From: Isurus oxyrinchus
Lineage: Eukaryota
Assembly (NCBI GenBank): GCA_026770705.1
Contig: JANJGN010000026.1
Span: forward strand, 27,280,001-27,344,000
Direction: 5' to 3'
Length of the DNA: 64,000 bases
In this document: piece by piece, positions 11,494-23,838 of the stretch
Layout of the letters: each line of letters begins with the position of its first letter
Numbering within the stretch: position 1 is the first letter of the stretch
Notes under the pieces: generated by a model
Told to the model about the DNA's origin: nothing
Databases searched by the model: none
Seen by the model: the letters and a program-made list of their open reading frames with translations, nothing else
Program-made: the position numbers and the translations under genes

Positions 11494-11506
11494 GGAAGTG
11501 ACGTCA
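11494..11506 (+). promoter_or_regulatory. ETS-CRE composite (TCR V promoter decamer-like)
   Basis: GGAAGTGACGTCA contains a perfect CRE palindrome TGACGTCA, about 90 bp upstream of ATG 11594. Confidence 0.7.
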
Positions 11507-11593
11507 GATCCGCCTCAACTAATTGGCTCAGCTTTTTCTTGTCTGGCCTTTTGCAGATTTCTGAGACACAAAACATCCCCCGGAAGAGCAGCA

Positions 11594-12626
11594 ATGCGGC
11601 TCTCCGTTCTCGATGTGGTCTGGATGACATTCATTGTCGGTAAGAAGTTTAAAATTTGAAGAGAGGGCTTAATTTTGGGGGGAATAAATTTAAAAAGTGG
11701 AAAATTCATGTTAACCATGTTTAGGATCTTGGATTTATTGTGAAATGTTCTGGTATTTAATCAGACGAACACAGGCCACAAAAGAAATTGAAAAGACGCC
11801 CAATTACAATTATGATGCTAGAATTCAGCAACAACTGTACAGACTGGGGTTCTGGTAAAGAGAAACTGAGGGGGAACCGAATAGAGATCTTCAAAAATGA
11901 AGGAGTTCGACAAAAAATATAATTCCACTTGTGGAGGGTTCTTAAAGTATGGGTTATAAATATAAGACTCACAGTAAAGACTCAATAGAGAATTCAGGAC
12001 AATCATCTTTACTTTTTAGAATAAGGAATTCAATGCCACAAGGAGCAGTTGAGACAAAGAGTCTCGTTGTAATGAAGGGAAACGGGATAAGCGGAAGAGG
12101 GAGAAAAGGTTTGAAGGATTTGCTGAGAGAGTGCGATGAAGAGGGGCGGAGGATGCTCTTCCGTGTTGGAAACAGGGAAATGGATCATTTAGGCCGAATG
12201 AACTGTTGTGTACTCGAAATTACATTTAATTTATGTCACACTGGCTGTGAATTTTCACTCTCAGTTCAGTTCAGTGGAAGTTTTATTCGCTGATTTCCTC
12301 TTTCTTTAACTGTGTGTTCCAGATCTGAGCGATGGAGATTCTGTTACTCAGCGGGAATCCTCAATCACACAGACAGAGGGAGAAGATGCCACTTTAAACT
12401 GCACCTATACTGACGATACTTTTTACTTATTCTGGTACCGGCAGTACCCAGACAGAGAGCCCGAGTTTGCAGTCCGGAGGCTCAAGGGCGGCGGTTCAGA
12501 ACTTAAGGGGGATTTCGCTCAGAGCCGGTTTTCTGATACGGTTCAGCAGTCAGACAAGTCGTACCGATTGACTATCTCGGAGTTGCGGCTGTCTGACACC
12601 GCGGTCTATTACTGTGCACAGAGTCT
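11594..12626 (+). CDS. Potentially functional TCR alpha/delta V segment (V7); exons 11594-11639 and 12323-12626
   Basis: Leader MRLSVLDVVWMTFIV with donor GTAAG. V exon DLSDGDSVTQRESSITQTEGEDATLNCTYTDDTFYLFWYRQYPDREPEFAVRRLKGGGSELKGDFAQSRFSDTVQQSDKSYRLTISELRLSDTAVYYCAQS has Cys23, Trp41 and Cys104. Confidence 0.95.
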
Positions 12627-12665
12627 CACAGTGATGGGAACGAGTGAAAGCCTCGTACAATAACT
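12627..12665 (+). promoter_or_regulatory. 23-RSS of V7
   Basis: CACAGTG, 23-nt spacer, ACAATAACT. Confidence 0.93.
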
Positions 12666-13673
12666 GCTGCAGTTTTCTGGGGCACAGCTGCTGTCTGTTG
12701 AGGGCTGTTTATAACACTGACACGTCAATCCATTCTGTACCAGCACAATCCACATAAGCACCATCTAAAATCGCTCACATTGAATATTGATTCGGTCTGA
12801 TTACTGTACTAAATGTGTGGGGCAGAATCCTGCTGTTTATTTGGAAAAGTCTGAGAGCTCGCCATATCCATTGAGAATACAAACACATGAAAGTGGCCGG
12901 GGTCCATTTATATCCGTGCATTGCTGTTCATGAAAGAACTCACGGCAAAGGAACAAACGTTTCTTTTGAGTTGAAATAGCCAGTAGTGTAGACATAAGGC
13001 CACCAGGTGAGGAGAATCCGAATAAATATAATGGCCTCACTAAACATCTCTCAATGTTAGTTGTTTCCATATATTGAAATTAAGAATCTATCATATAAAA
13101 AGGCACAAAGAAGTTATTTTGAAGACATGATTAGAAGCTGATGAACAATGATTATTAGATTGAATAATCCACAAGGACGGGCTGGCGTGACCTAGGCACC
13201 GGATCAGATGACCAGAAAACCGACTGAATATTAAAGCTTTTTTTTAAAGAGTCAGAAAGTTTGAGCACTGGATGCGCTTTGGTAAATCTGAACACACCAG
13301 ATAAGGCTTTATGAAAATGTAAAGCCTTTGTTCTTTTTTGCTGCGCGTCCCTTCAGTGATATGTAACTGATGCTGCATTTGTGTTGTGTGTATCCCCTGT
13401 AACGGCTGGAACACAAGGTCAACTATTTTGCTCAGCATTTCTGCCGTTGTATCTTTCATTTACAAAATTGGATGAATTTTCTGAAAACATTTTGCATTAT
13501 ATTCAGAATGCATTCGATGTAAATGAAAAATTTCGAAAAGCCGCACCTGCTGCTATCGGCTTGTTACTTATTTGGATTTACTTTCAATGAGGATATTCCG
13601 GTTATATGCTTTAAAAGTCTTTGTTTCTTCTCACTCTACCCGCCATTCCGTTCACCTGGTCACGTTTCTGCAG

Positions 13674-14203
13674 TGTTTCTGTACGAGGAAGGCTCCATCT
13701 GGTTCTTGTCACAGTGTCTCTCAGCCCGCAGTAATGCACCGCACAGGTCAGAGATGGTGACATTCTCCTCACTCCTGGAAGTGTCGAGAGATGCAGATAA
13801 TCGAGTCCCCGCGCCCTCTGCATTGAAAACACCCCCAGCGGAAGGGATATAGGTCAATATTGTAGGGGCTTTCTCGTCATCCTGACGGTACAGTTGCAAG
13901 GAGTAGAAACCAATCGTGACCGAATAGCTGAAATTAATGGCCAACGAGTCTCCTTCAAACTGTGCCCCTGCAACCGGCTCCTGTAACGCCGTGTCTGCAG
14001 AAAATTCAAAGTACAGAACTTCAACTTTTTATTATCACTGTTCCAATCAGGGTTATCAAGTTAATGGAGCCCTTTACAAATAAAGGGAAAACATAGTTAA
14101 AAGGCAGATCGCTATGCCAGTATAACCTGCAAGATGAAAATTGCGTAACTTGGCAATTTACCAGTTAAGAGAATCGCAGGAGTGAAGAACGAACAGACAA
14201 CAT
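13674..14203 (-). pseudogene. V pseudogene (V8), paralog of V2
   Basis: Broken leader 14203-14162. Exon 13994-13717 reads DTALQEPVAGAQFEGDSLAINFSYSVTIGFYSLQLYRQDDEKAP...TISD, a deletion, then AVHYCGLR. RSS CACTGTG, 27-nt spacer, ACAGAAACA. Confidence 0.9.
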
Positions 14204-15011
14204 GTTTGCAGAGCCGATGGCGGACTTCAATAGATTGATTCCAACCAGAATTGTTTCAGTGAAGATATAAGAAGATGTTGAGTAATATCCGGCCCCGCGC
14301 CCGATTGGTTCATTCCTGACTGAGCTCACAGCTCTTTGTCCTTCAGTCCACCCAATCCACTCACAGTTCCTCCAATCCGTGACGCCAGATTGCTCGAAAT
14401 AAGGAGAGAGAGCATAAGAACATAAGAGTTGGAGACGGGCATTCGGTCTCTCGACCCTGCAGCACCAGGTATCTCTAATCTACCTATCTAACTCTCATCC
14501 ACCTTCCTGCACTATCCCCAGATCCCTTGTTTCCCTTCATACCCATAGATCTAGCAATCTCAGTCTAAAACAAACTCAGCGACTACGCTCTGGAGTAGAA
14601 AATAATGAGAACTGCTTTGACGCTGATATAGTTTCTTTAAGGGGGTCAATCTTTGATGCGGAACGATGATGGGTAATAGTTAAAGTTGTTCTCTGACCAG
14701 TGTTTGAGTCTCCCATTAAAATAGCTTCTCGATGGCCATGAAAACTACTCACAGCCGATATAAAGAGGGATTTCACATAGAATGCCGCACATTCTGCACC
14801 CCGCCAACACCATCCGCCCCCCCCCCCCCCCCCCCCCCCCCGCCCCCAACACCACCTTTCTCTCCCTCACTCTTCCCCTTTCTCCTCTGGCTTTGTCTAC
14901 TTGTTTCCCTCTGGGTTACCCTTTCTCTCTCGATATCACTTTCTCCCTATCTCACTCTCTCTTTTCTCTCTGTGGGAGTATTCGTTCCTGTTTTTTATTA
15001 AGTTGAAAAGT

Positions 15012-15555
15012 GAAGTAACTTTTGGAGGTAATGTGGCCGATTAATCACATGTCCAGAATTAGCACAAAAGGATGCAAACTACTGATCTAATTCAACTGTG
15101 TTTGGGTTGAAAGTTCATCAGCAAATGGTCCAGTAGAGCCCTGCTGTATCGAGGCGAAGCCTCTCACACGGCATTGGAAAAAGTATGACGGCACAGACCC
15201 ACAGAACGATCACGCGCAGAGACAAGCACACAGACAAATACATACAAGCGCTTCCAGGTGCACACACAGACATGCAAAATCAAACAAGTACTCTGAAGTG
15301 CATCAACTCAAGCAAGAACGCACAGGCACACAAAGGCAAGGAGAACCATACATGCACAAAGAGGCATATGTCTAGAGAGAGATCAATTAAAGATCAAACT
15401 GTCTCTCAGATGAATTAGAGATTAAACTGTCTTCCATGATCGATTAGAGATTAAACTATCTGATCCATTAAAGATTAATCTCTTTTCCGTCTTTTTGTGC
15501 TAATTCTGGACATGTGATTAATGGGCCACATCACCTCCAGGAATTACTTCACTTG
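15012..15555. repeat. About 62-bp inverted repeat pair (15012-15072 and 15491-15555)
   Basis: gaagtaac...atgtggccgattaatcacatgtccagaattagcacaaaa versus ttttgtgctaattctggacatgtgattaatgggccacat...ttacttc. Confidence 0.85.
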
Positions 15556-16661
15556 TCTCTGACAAAATCGGGTCAGAGGAGAGAAACAAACGGAAGCTGT
15601 GGCCGGGGATGCCGCAGATTGAAAACTAATAAAAGTGCGCGGCGGTGATCAGCTGCAGCCGGAAGTGATGGAGCGGAAATAGAGACGGTTGAAGCTCCAG
15701 GAGACTGTGAGCACATCAAGTGCCTGAGAACAAATAGTGCGGGAGGGGCAGGAAGGGAGCAGAGTCAGAGAAAGTTAGCAACGGAATGAAGACTCCGCTT
15801 ACCGTATCTGTGTCTATTTGAAAGAACCATCCCAATCGCCTTTCATACCTCACATTTTCCACGTTACTTTCATTTCTCAACGTATAATAATTCCGTTTTG
15901 AAATGTATGATTGAATCCTCTCCGCCCATCATTTCAAGCATCATATTCAAGGCGGTAACATATAGAATGTAATAAATAAAACAGATCTTTCCATCTCCAA
16001 TATTTTCATGAAATTGAGATGATTGATTATTCAATCTTCTGACAATGGAAGAAATTGCGATCTGTTCTGAATAAAGGACAATTTTTAGCACACCAATTGA
16101 ATCTCTCTTCTACTTTCTTTGTTACGAGGATAAAAATCCATGTTCGCGTAGTCTGTTCCCGTAAAGATTCCTCATCTCTGTTGCCATTCTGATGTACAGC
16201 GTCCGCACTTGCTCCAAAATCTTGACATTCCTTCTACTTCGTAGCGCCCAGGATTTAGACAGAGAACTCCAGCGATGATCTCTATAGATTTAACATCACG
16301 TCCCAACCTAAACATTAGCAGCCACAGAGAATGTGTCTGAACAGCTCCAATTCAGATTCCTGGGGAACATTCGTTTCTTGATATACATTTCAATAAACTC
16401 TGAATCTATTCAATGGCAGCATCCGAAAACGGATTGAACCGAAATCACCAGCCGACGGCGCCAAATTCAAGCATGGGCGTCACTAAGTCACGTGGTTGAA
16501 ACGCCATAGCCAATAGGGATGGTTTTCTGAATGAGGTCACAATGACCCTGGCCCCCTGTAGTGTGCGAGTGAGACAATGAGCTGAACAGACCCCGGGGTT
16601 CCTCTCTCCTTCTCCATCTCTGGCTTATTCCATTCACATTCACTAAGAGATTCAGTAACAC

Positions 16662-17227
16662 ATGTTGCTGATAATACTGGCAGCGCTGTTCGGCAGGAAG
16701 TACTGGATTACATTACTCAAGACAGATTAGCAGATTAATGTACAGAGATTGCGATAGTATTTAATTCAATTCGCGATAGGAAATATCCATATATGACAGC
16801 TAGGTAGATAGGAGGTTCCGCGAACTCAAATAGCTACAAACCAATTTCGATCAACATTGTTTAACCGTTTGATATTTCATTTCTCTACCTCACAGGCGGA
16901 CTATGCGCAGATCCAGTAACTCAGTCCCCAGTTGCAATAAAGGTGTCAGAAGGGGGTTCGGTGCCGTTAGACTGTGAATATACAGATCGGAATCTAAACT
17001 ACATGCAATGGTATCGGCAGCAGACGGCACAACCGCCAAGATAAATTATCACCAGTATCTTAGCACTGAAGGAAGCTGAAATTTCAGGACGGTATCTGGC
17101 GGCTGCTGACATGTCTCAAAAGTACGGCTACCTCAATATAAGCGAGCTGAGTATGGAGGACGGTTCGGTGTATTACTGTGCAATGAAGCACAGTGTTAGG
17201 TCACAGCTAGAGCCCCGTATAAAATCC
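16662..17227 (+). pseudogene. TCR alpha/delta V pseudogene (V9)
   Basis: Leader MLLIILAALFG has donor GGAAGT (GT to GG). Exon from 16896 reads GLCADPVTQSPVAIKVSEGGSVPLDCEYTDRNLNYMQWYRQQTAQPPR*(TAA 17042)...LNISELSMEDGSVYYCAMK. RSS CACAGTG (17189-17195), 23-nt spacer, ATAAAATCC. Confidence 0.92.
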
Positions 17228-17391
17228 TCAGTGAGTATTTGCAGCTCAGATAAGCTTTATTTTGTGCTTTTGTGGACGGGAACGGTTTAATCCTCTGTTC
17301 CAGAGAAGCAAAACAAGTAGGTCTATTTACTGTAGTTTCATTGCTCTCATTGTCCTTGTCTTAATCCACAGAGAAACAATATTGTAGAAAA

Positions 17392-17740
17392 AAGAGGTTT
17401 GTTCGTTCATGGGATGTGAGCGTCACTGGATAGGCCAGCATTTGTTGCCCATCCCTAAATTGCCCTTGTTCAGAAGACATTTTAGAGTCAACCACATTGC
17501 TGTGGGCCTGGAGCCACATGTAGGCCAGGCCCGATACGGTCGACAGATTTCCTTCCCTAAAGGACAATAGTGAACCAGATGGGTTTTTACAACAATCGAC
17601 AATGGTTTTATGGTCGTCATTAGACATTTAAATTGAATTTAAATTCTACCAAAGCGGGCATTGGAAACGGAGTCCCCAGAGGATTAACCAGGATTTTTCA
17701 AGCTTACTTCCAGTGATAATACCAGTACGCCATGGCCTCC
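17392..17740 (-). mobile_element. HE1-like tRNA-derived SINE sharing its 3' tail with the HER1-like LINE
   Basis: Minus strand starts ggaggccatggcgtactggtattatcactgg and ends caagggcaatttagggatgggcaacaaatgctggcc...cacatcccatgaacgaac, the same tail as 1960-2030. Confidence 0.75.
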
Positions 17741-18013
17741 AAACGAGCAAAACTATCTCCATGCCGCCATTTATAGCGTAACTAGCTCCGAATTTACCCG
17801 AAATATCGATTTGCCAACAGAGGTAAAGAAAGCTCTCAGAAGTGGAGTTCCTATAGCTGATAATTATGGGCTGTTCTTACAGGACCCACTCAGGTGGACC
17901 CAGGGTGAATTGGTGGATGGGTGGATTGATCAGTTTATTCTACCTATTTCCACAAGCACTTGGTTTAATTTTCCTTGTAAATATCAATGTTAATTTCATT
18001 CTTGTTTTGGCAG

Positions 18014-18331
18014 CTACTCCTTGTCTTGGGAAACAAATTCTGATATTGGTTTATCGAGAACGCAAGGACAATCATTTTGCATCACCATAACTCTACTTTC
18101 ATTTCAAATGAACTTATATTCTTGCATCGTCAATTCTCTAATCGCGCTCCTGGACATCTCTTCTCCATATTCAGTGATGAAAGAGTTGAAGGAAGATTTA
18201 AAGTATCTGTAGACCATGCGAAAGGCTCTACCACTCTCACTGTTCACTCGGTTCAGTTCTCAGATGCTGCGGTGTAGAACAGTGCAGTGAAACACGGGGA
18301 GGCACGGAGGGGAGGAGGCTGCACTAGAACT
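18014..18331 (+). pseudogene. Decayed V (V10)
   Basis: ...IILHHHNSTFISNELIFLHRQFSNRAPGHLFSIFSDERVEGRFKVSVDHAKGSTTLTVHSVQFSDAAV*NSAVK. RSS CACGGGG (18293-18299), 23-nt spacer, ACTAGAACT. Confidence 0.8.
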
Positions 18332-19879
18332 CATTCGACATGGGGACTGGGGAGACAATCAGGACATGGGCTTTAGATGCGTGAGCGGCTCTGCAATAAA
18401 AAAACAGTTCATCATCCAAGTAACTGAATGAAAATATGTTTTTATTATTTTATAATATAACATATGGATTAACGACCTCTATAAAAATAAATCACGCATG
18501 GAAAGGATGTTTCCTCTTGTGGGAAAATCTAGAACTAGGGGTCCTATTTAAATCAGATTTGAGAAGAAAATTTTCTCTCTTTGGAACCCCCTTCCTCAAA
18601 GGCCAGGGGAAACAGGGTCTTTGAATGTTTTCAAGGCAGAGGGTGATCGACTTTTGATAAACAAGGGAGTGGAAGGTAACTGAGGGTAGGTGGGAGGTTA
18701 CAGTCAGATCAGACATGACCTTACTGGATGGCGGGGCATTCACATGTTTGTAGATATCTGGCATCCTGAAATTTGATTGACATCGTTCTTTGATGATTAA
18801 GGTGCTCGCAAACCTTACATTCTTCTGAAATGAACAATCATAACCTCATCGTTGCGGATTTATGAGTTTACGAAAAGAACGCTCATCTATTTAAGCAAAT
18901 GAACAGGCACTGTCCTAGTGATGTGGCACGTCAGAAAACTGAGGAAAATAGTCTAGGAATGAATATTAAATAGTAAAGGTAGTATAAGCAAAACAATGAA
19001 AAGATAGAACTTACAGTAATAGTAAAACCAAAGCTATGAAAACCATAATTAATAATGTGGTAGAATAGTGATGGAGCAATATCATGCAGCAATATTCGAG
19101 AATAAATTGAGAGTCGTTGTTTTACAGGCAGGATGCCACTAGACGGCGCTCCAGGATCTTATCTTTGTAGAAAACTTACCAAGCCGTTAGGTCATGCACT
19201 GACATGTGGCAGCTGGGGAATACAGGAAATATTTTGGCGTCGTGATACGTTGCTGTAAACAATCGATAGGTGAATTACACAGAGACTTAGAGGTGCAGGC
19301 CTATAAATCATTATATTCCATGGTCCAATGTCACTGCATATTCCGATGTAAAAGGTTATCACATTCAGAGAGAGTTGAGAGAGAAAGTGAGGCAGAGAGA
19401 CAGAGAGCGAGACAGAGGAACAGAGAGAGAAAGAGAGAGATAGAGAGTGACAGAGTGCGGGACAGAGAGACAGAGACAGAGAGAGAGAGACAGAGATCGG
19501 CAGAGAGAGATCAGTCCATCTTTTAGTGACCGAATATTTTGGTCACTACTGGCCACAATTTCAAAGTATCCGGAAAATACCTGGACACTCAAATCCCTTC
19601 ACTCCACTACAAGGGTCAGAGTGACAACCCTTTCTGGTAGAGAATCAAACTTTCCCACAGCCTTCTGTGTAAATAATATTACTAACATCACAACAGCGGC
19701 TTCACTGGAAAGGTACATCGTTCGGTTGGGAAGTGCTTACTGACACCTTGAGTCTGTAAGAGGCTATTTCTATTTCCAAGTGATATTTGATTCCAGAGTT
19801 AAAAATGAATGGCCACCTGCTTCCAGGGGGCCAGTTAAGTTCATTTATTTAAATTTCCTTCTCTTTATTTCAAACTTTT

Positions 19880-20140
19880 TTTCCTGGATTATGCTGTTGA
19901 GGGTCCCCACATCCTGGGATTACCAGGATTCTATCTCCAGTCTGTTCACAGATTCTGTCCGCTCACGGGACACGCGTAATCTGTCGGAAACAACAGTCCG
20001 GGAATTTACTGAGGAGCCCCTGACGGAAACTGGCTTACTGATCAGGGAGGGCCAGTGATCGAGGCGCCGAGAGGTCACTGCACCCCGTATGTTAGTCATC
20101 AGCCTGATCACCACTATGAAAGATTTGTACTCATTTCGCT
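19880..20140 (-). pseudogene. Possible highly decayed V-domain relic
   Basis: Minus ORF ...VSDRLRVSRERTESVNRLEIESW*SQDVGTLNS resembles V framework 3 (DRF.VSRD...LEI....DVGTYYC). No RSS recognised. Confidence 0.35.
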
Positions 20141-20481
20141 GAAACTGTATATATAAACTATGTATACATTTGTGCAAAGGTGCAAATGCATAACAACACA
20201 AAGGCCATTCCGCAAACACTATTTGTCAGCCAAGGCTCAGTTACCCGCCCATTCGCCTTTGAACAAGAAGTTTCAGGATTTCGTCCCTCTCTGGAGACTT
20301 GACCCCCAGGATCTCATCACTTCAATCCTCAGGGAAATATGCACCGTCAGAGGGGCCGGCTTTCGGATGAGATATTAAATCGAGGACACCGCCTACCCTC
20401 CCAGGTGGACATGATGGATCACATGAGCACTATTTTGAAGCAGAGAAGGGGAATTGGTCTGGACAATATTTCTCCACCAAT

Positions 20482-21062
20482 CACCGTCACTGAAATGGTT
20501 GTGGTTGTTGAAGGTCAACTATCTCAGCTCAAGGACATCACTGCAGCAGTTCCTGAGTAATGTCCGAGGCACAACCACCTTCAGCTGCTTCATCAGTGAC
20601 CTTCCTTCCATCATTAGGTCAGAAGTGGGGATATTTTGCCGATAATTGCACAATGTTCAGCACCATCGCGACTCCTAAGATACTGAAGCTGCCCATGTCC
20701 AAATGCAGCAATATCTTGACAGCATCCAGGCTTGGGCTGAGAAAGGGCAGATAACATTCAAGCCACACAAGTGCCAGGCAAGAGAGAATCTAACCATGGC
20801 CGCTTGACATTCAATGGCACTACCATCAGTAAATCCCCTGATAATCTTTGACTCCTTTGTCAGTCAAGAATCTATTTAACTCAGCTTTAATAATATTCAA
20901 TAACCCTGCCTCCATGGCTCTCTGGGGAAGAGGCTACCCAGACTCTCGAACTTCTGAGCGACAAAAAATCCCTTCATCTTAAATTGGAGATCCCTTATTT
21001 TTAAACTCTGTCCCCTAGTTCTAGTCTCCCTCATAAGGGGAAACATATTTTCCATATCCACC
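20482..21062. mobile_element. LINE RT fragments: HER1-like on plus (20482-20840) and CR1 3' end on minus (20845-21062)
   Basis: Plus: TFSCFISDLPSIIRSEVGIF/ADNCT (RT YADD region). Minus: VDMENMFPLMRETRTRGQSLKI. Confidence 0.7.
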
Positions 21063-22799
21063 CTGTGGACATAAGACATAGATTGCACGTCTGTGCGAAG
21101 CATATCATTATGAATGTTTACTAATGCATACCCCTGGTTATATTGAACTAAACGCTGTCTCATGTATTACTACAGACAGCTATGCCTTTGTTTAATTTAC
21201 ACACGATCATGCTTCCATTGTTATTGTCCTTGAGCACGATTCCTTTTACATAACAGAAGTCCCGGCCTCGGTTATCAATGCAGTGCACCGTGCCTTTGTT
21301 CATATTACAGTAGTTGCTGGCTCTAGTATTAATCAACTACACATTGCCTCCATCGCATTAAAACATATCTCCTTTTATCAAATTAAATACTACTCCAGTG
21401 ATTACGTCATGACACCTTTTATCTTTATTCATATTACGTTTAAAACGGTTTTTCTTTCTATCACACCAAACCTTCCCTGTCGCTGCTCATGTTACACTGG
21501 ACCATGCTAACATACGCACTTGAAGCAGGAATAGGCCACTCGGCCCCCGAGTTCGTTCCACCATTCAATAAGGTCATGACTGATTTGATTGTAACCTCGG
21601 CCTGAGATTCCCGCCAATTCCCGATAACCTCTTGCCCCTTGAGCCATTGTGAAGCACTTTTCGGTTACTCTGAGGTCGCGAAAAGTGCAGTTCACAGCCA
21701 CACACCATCGGGTGAAGCCAATCGACCACTGCGTTTTGCTGGGTTTCTGAAAGAACTATTCAGGTAGCAGGAGAGGCACCTCCACTCGGCGAACTAGGTG
21801 ATGGCCTCGGGCTACAATGTTTCGAGGGACGAGGTGTAGGGAATGGGAGTGCGGGGGCAAAAAAAAACTGCCGGCTTTTTAAAAAGGAGCTGAAAGTCGG
21901 CCGTGATTGTATTGATTAGTAAATTGCAAATTTGTTTCTACATTCCAACAGATGACGTTATTCATACTGAAAGGAAGGGATTGTGTCCATTACTCTAATT
22001 TTATTTTCCTTTAGAAATAGTAGATAACTGGCAGTTCCTTACACTCCCTGCTCTTTTCACTATGTCCTTCTTTTCCAGTATTTATCCAATTCCCATTTGT
22101 AATTTATTGTTTAATCTGGGTCCAGCTTCCTTTCGGGTAGCACTTTCGGGATCAAAACTGAAAAATAACTTCTCATGTTATCAAATACTTTATTTTAAGT
22201 GTAAGGGCTGAACGTGGAGATCGAGTCTCTGCGGTGTGGAGTTGTTGTTAAGAAAGATTCGATGAAAGAAAGAAAAACAATCAGGCAAACAACATAGCGC
22301 CCTTCCCGGCCTCAGGGCGCCCAAAGGGTTTTACAGCCAATTAGAAACGTTCCTGTTATAATGCAGGAAACGTGGCAGCAAAAGGTTGGCAGAGCAAGAT
22401 TCCACAAAAAGTAATGAGATAAATGAGCACAAAACGGTCTTCAGTGGTGTCAAATGAAGGATAAATAATGGCCAAGGACACTGGGGAGAATTCTTTGCAG
22501 TTTTCTTAAATTTTTGAATGGAGACAGTGAGACATTTTGCAATCCACCTGAGAGCGTAGACAGACGCCGTCGATCAGCGTCTTATCTAGAAAGTCAGCAT
22601 GTTCAATCGCTCAGGATTCCTTCAGTGTAGACAACTGCAGACTGTTGGCGTTGCACTATGTGTTTTATATACCTCGAATGTGGGAGATTGAGCGGACGAT
22701 TTATGGGTAAGGTGACAGAATGTTCTATGCACTGAGACACTCTGGTGGAAAAGAAACACCATTAGGGGGTTTTATTATTTTTCACCAGTTAAGGATGTG

Positions 22800-23838
22800 A
22801 ACTTACCTGTCTGTCTGGGGTAGTTTCCGGGCAGAGGCGGAGGAAAACAAGCACAGAATTCCCTGGGAGTTTCAGCGGGACCTTTGAATGTGACAGTCTG
22901 CGCATACTCAGCCTAGTGATCGGCAGTTGGGAGCATTGCAGTCATCAGCACGGCGCCTGCGTGGTGGTAGTGGCTCACAAACACAACTCCGGGACCCGGG
23001 CAAGGGTATAGGTGGTGGGGAGAAATAAACCCAGGTGACTGCGTGGGCCGAGCAGCAAGGAAGAGGCACCAGGCAGCAAACAGGTTGCTGTTAGATGGCT
23101 CTGTATAGATGGGGCTCAGCAAAAGTCACAGGTCCCGTTTGATAACTCCGTGCACTTGGGGTTCAGAAGCCCTGCGGACCATAAAAAGGCAGAAGGTGGC
23201 AGTCTCCACACTGCTGACATGGTTAAGGCTCCGTGGAAGCTGCGGGAGCCACTGATAACTTGGTGCATCTGGGGAGATTAGAGATCAGTAAAATGCCTGG
23301 GCAGTGGCAGCAGTGAAGTTAGCTGTCTGTTAAAGAGCTGAAATTGTGCCAATGATTAGAGATTGCTGTGTTATCTCGGGATAGAATGTTAAACCACTGG
23401 GAGGTGAACAGCCCTGAGGCTACCCAAGTCAGAGCAACTTTCAAGGGAATTCAGGCCCTTGTTTTTTGAAACTAAAGAGAGGAACCCCTAGTGAGTGAGG
23501 CAGAGATTGTGTAACTCACTGTGCTCACTGATGTCTGACTGGGTTGCTGAGAAATCCGTGGGGTCTGTCTTGGTCGCATCTGCCTTTTAATATGCAGTGT
23601 GGTGTGTTCGACCACAGTTGCTCGCTATTTCATATTTACCTCATGTTAGTTCTGAATGTTAGAGTATCAGATTGGTAATGCAAATTGTTTTACTTTGCTA
23701 CCTTTATATGGTAAAGTTTATTTTGCTTGTTCAAAACCGTGAAATATTGTGGCTGTATATTGCTAGTAAGCAACCGGGGTTTCAAACTTCGCCTACTTTA
23801 AAAAAAAAAATTACTGGCCCCTAACTGCTTCATCACAC
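22800..23838 (+). mobile_element. Probable LTR-like insertion abutting the GPCR 3' end
   Basis: The 3' part has U5-like features (taaagtttattttg...ggggtttcaaactt...aaaattactggcccctaac..aca). The 5' boundary is uncertain. Confidence 0.4.
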
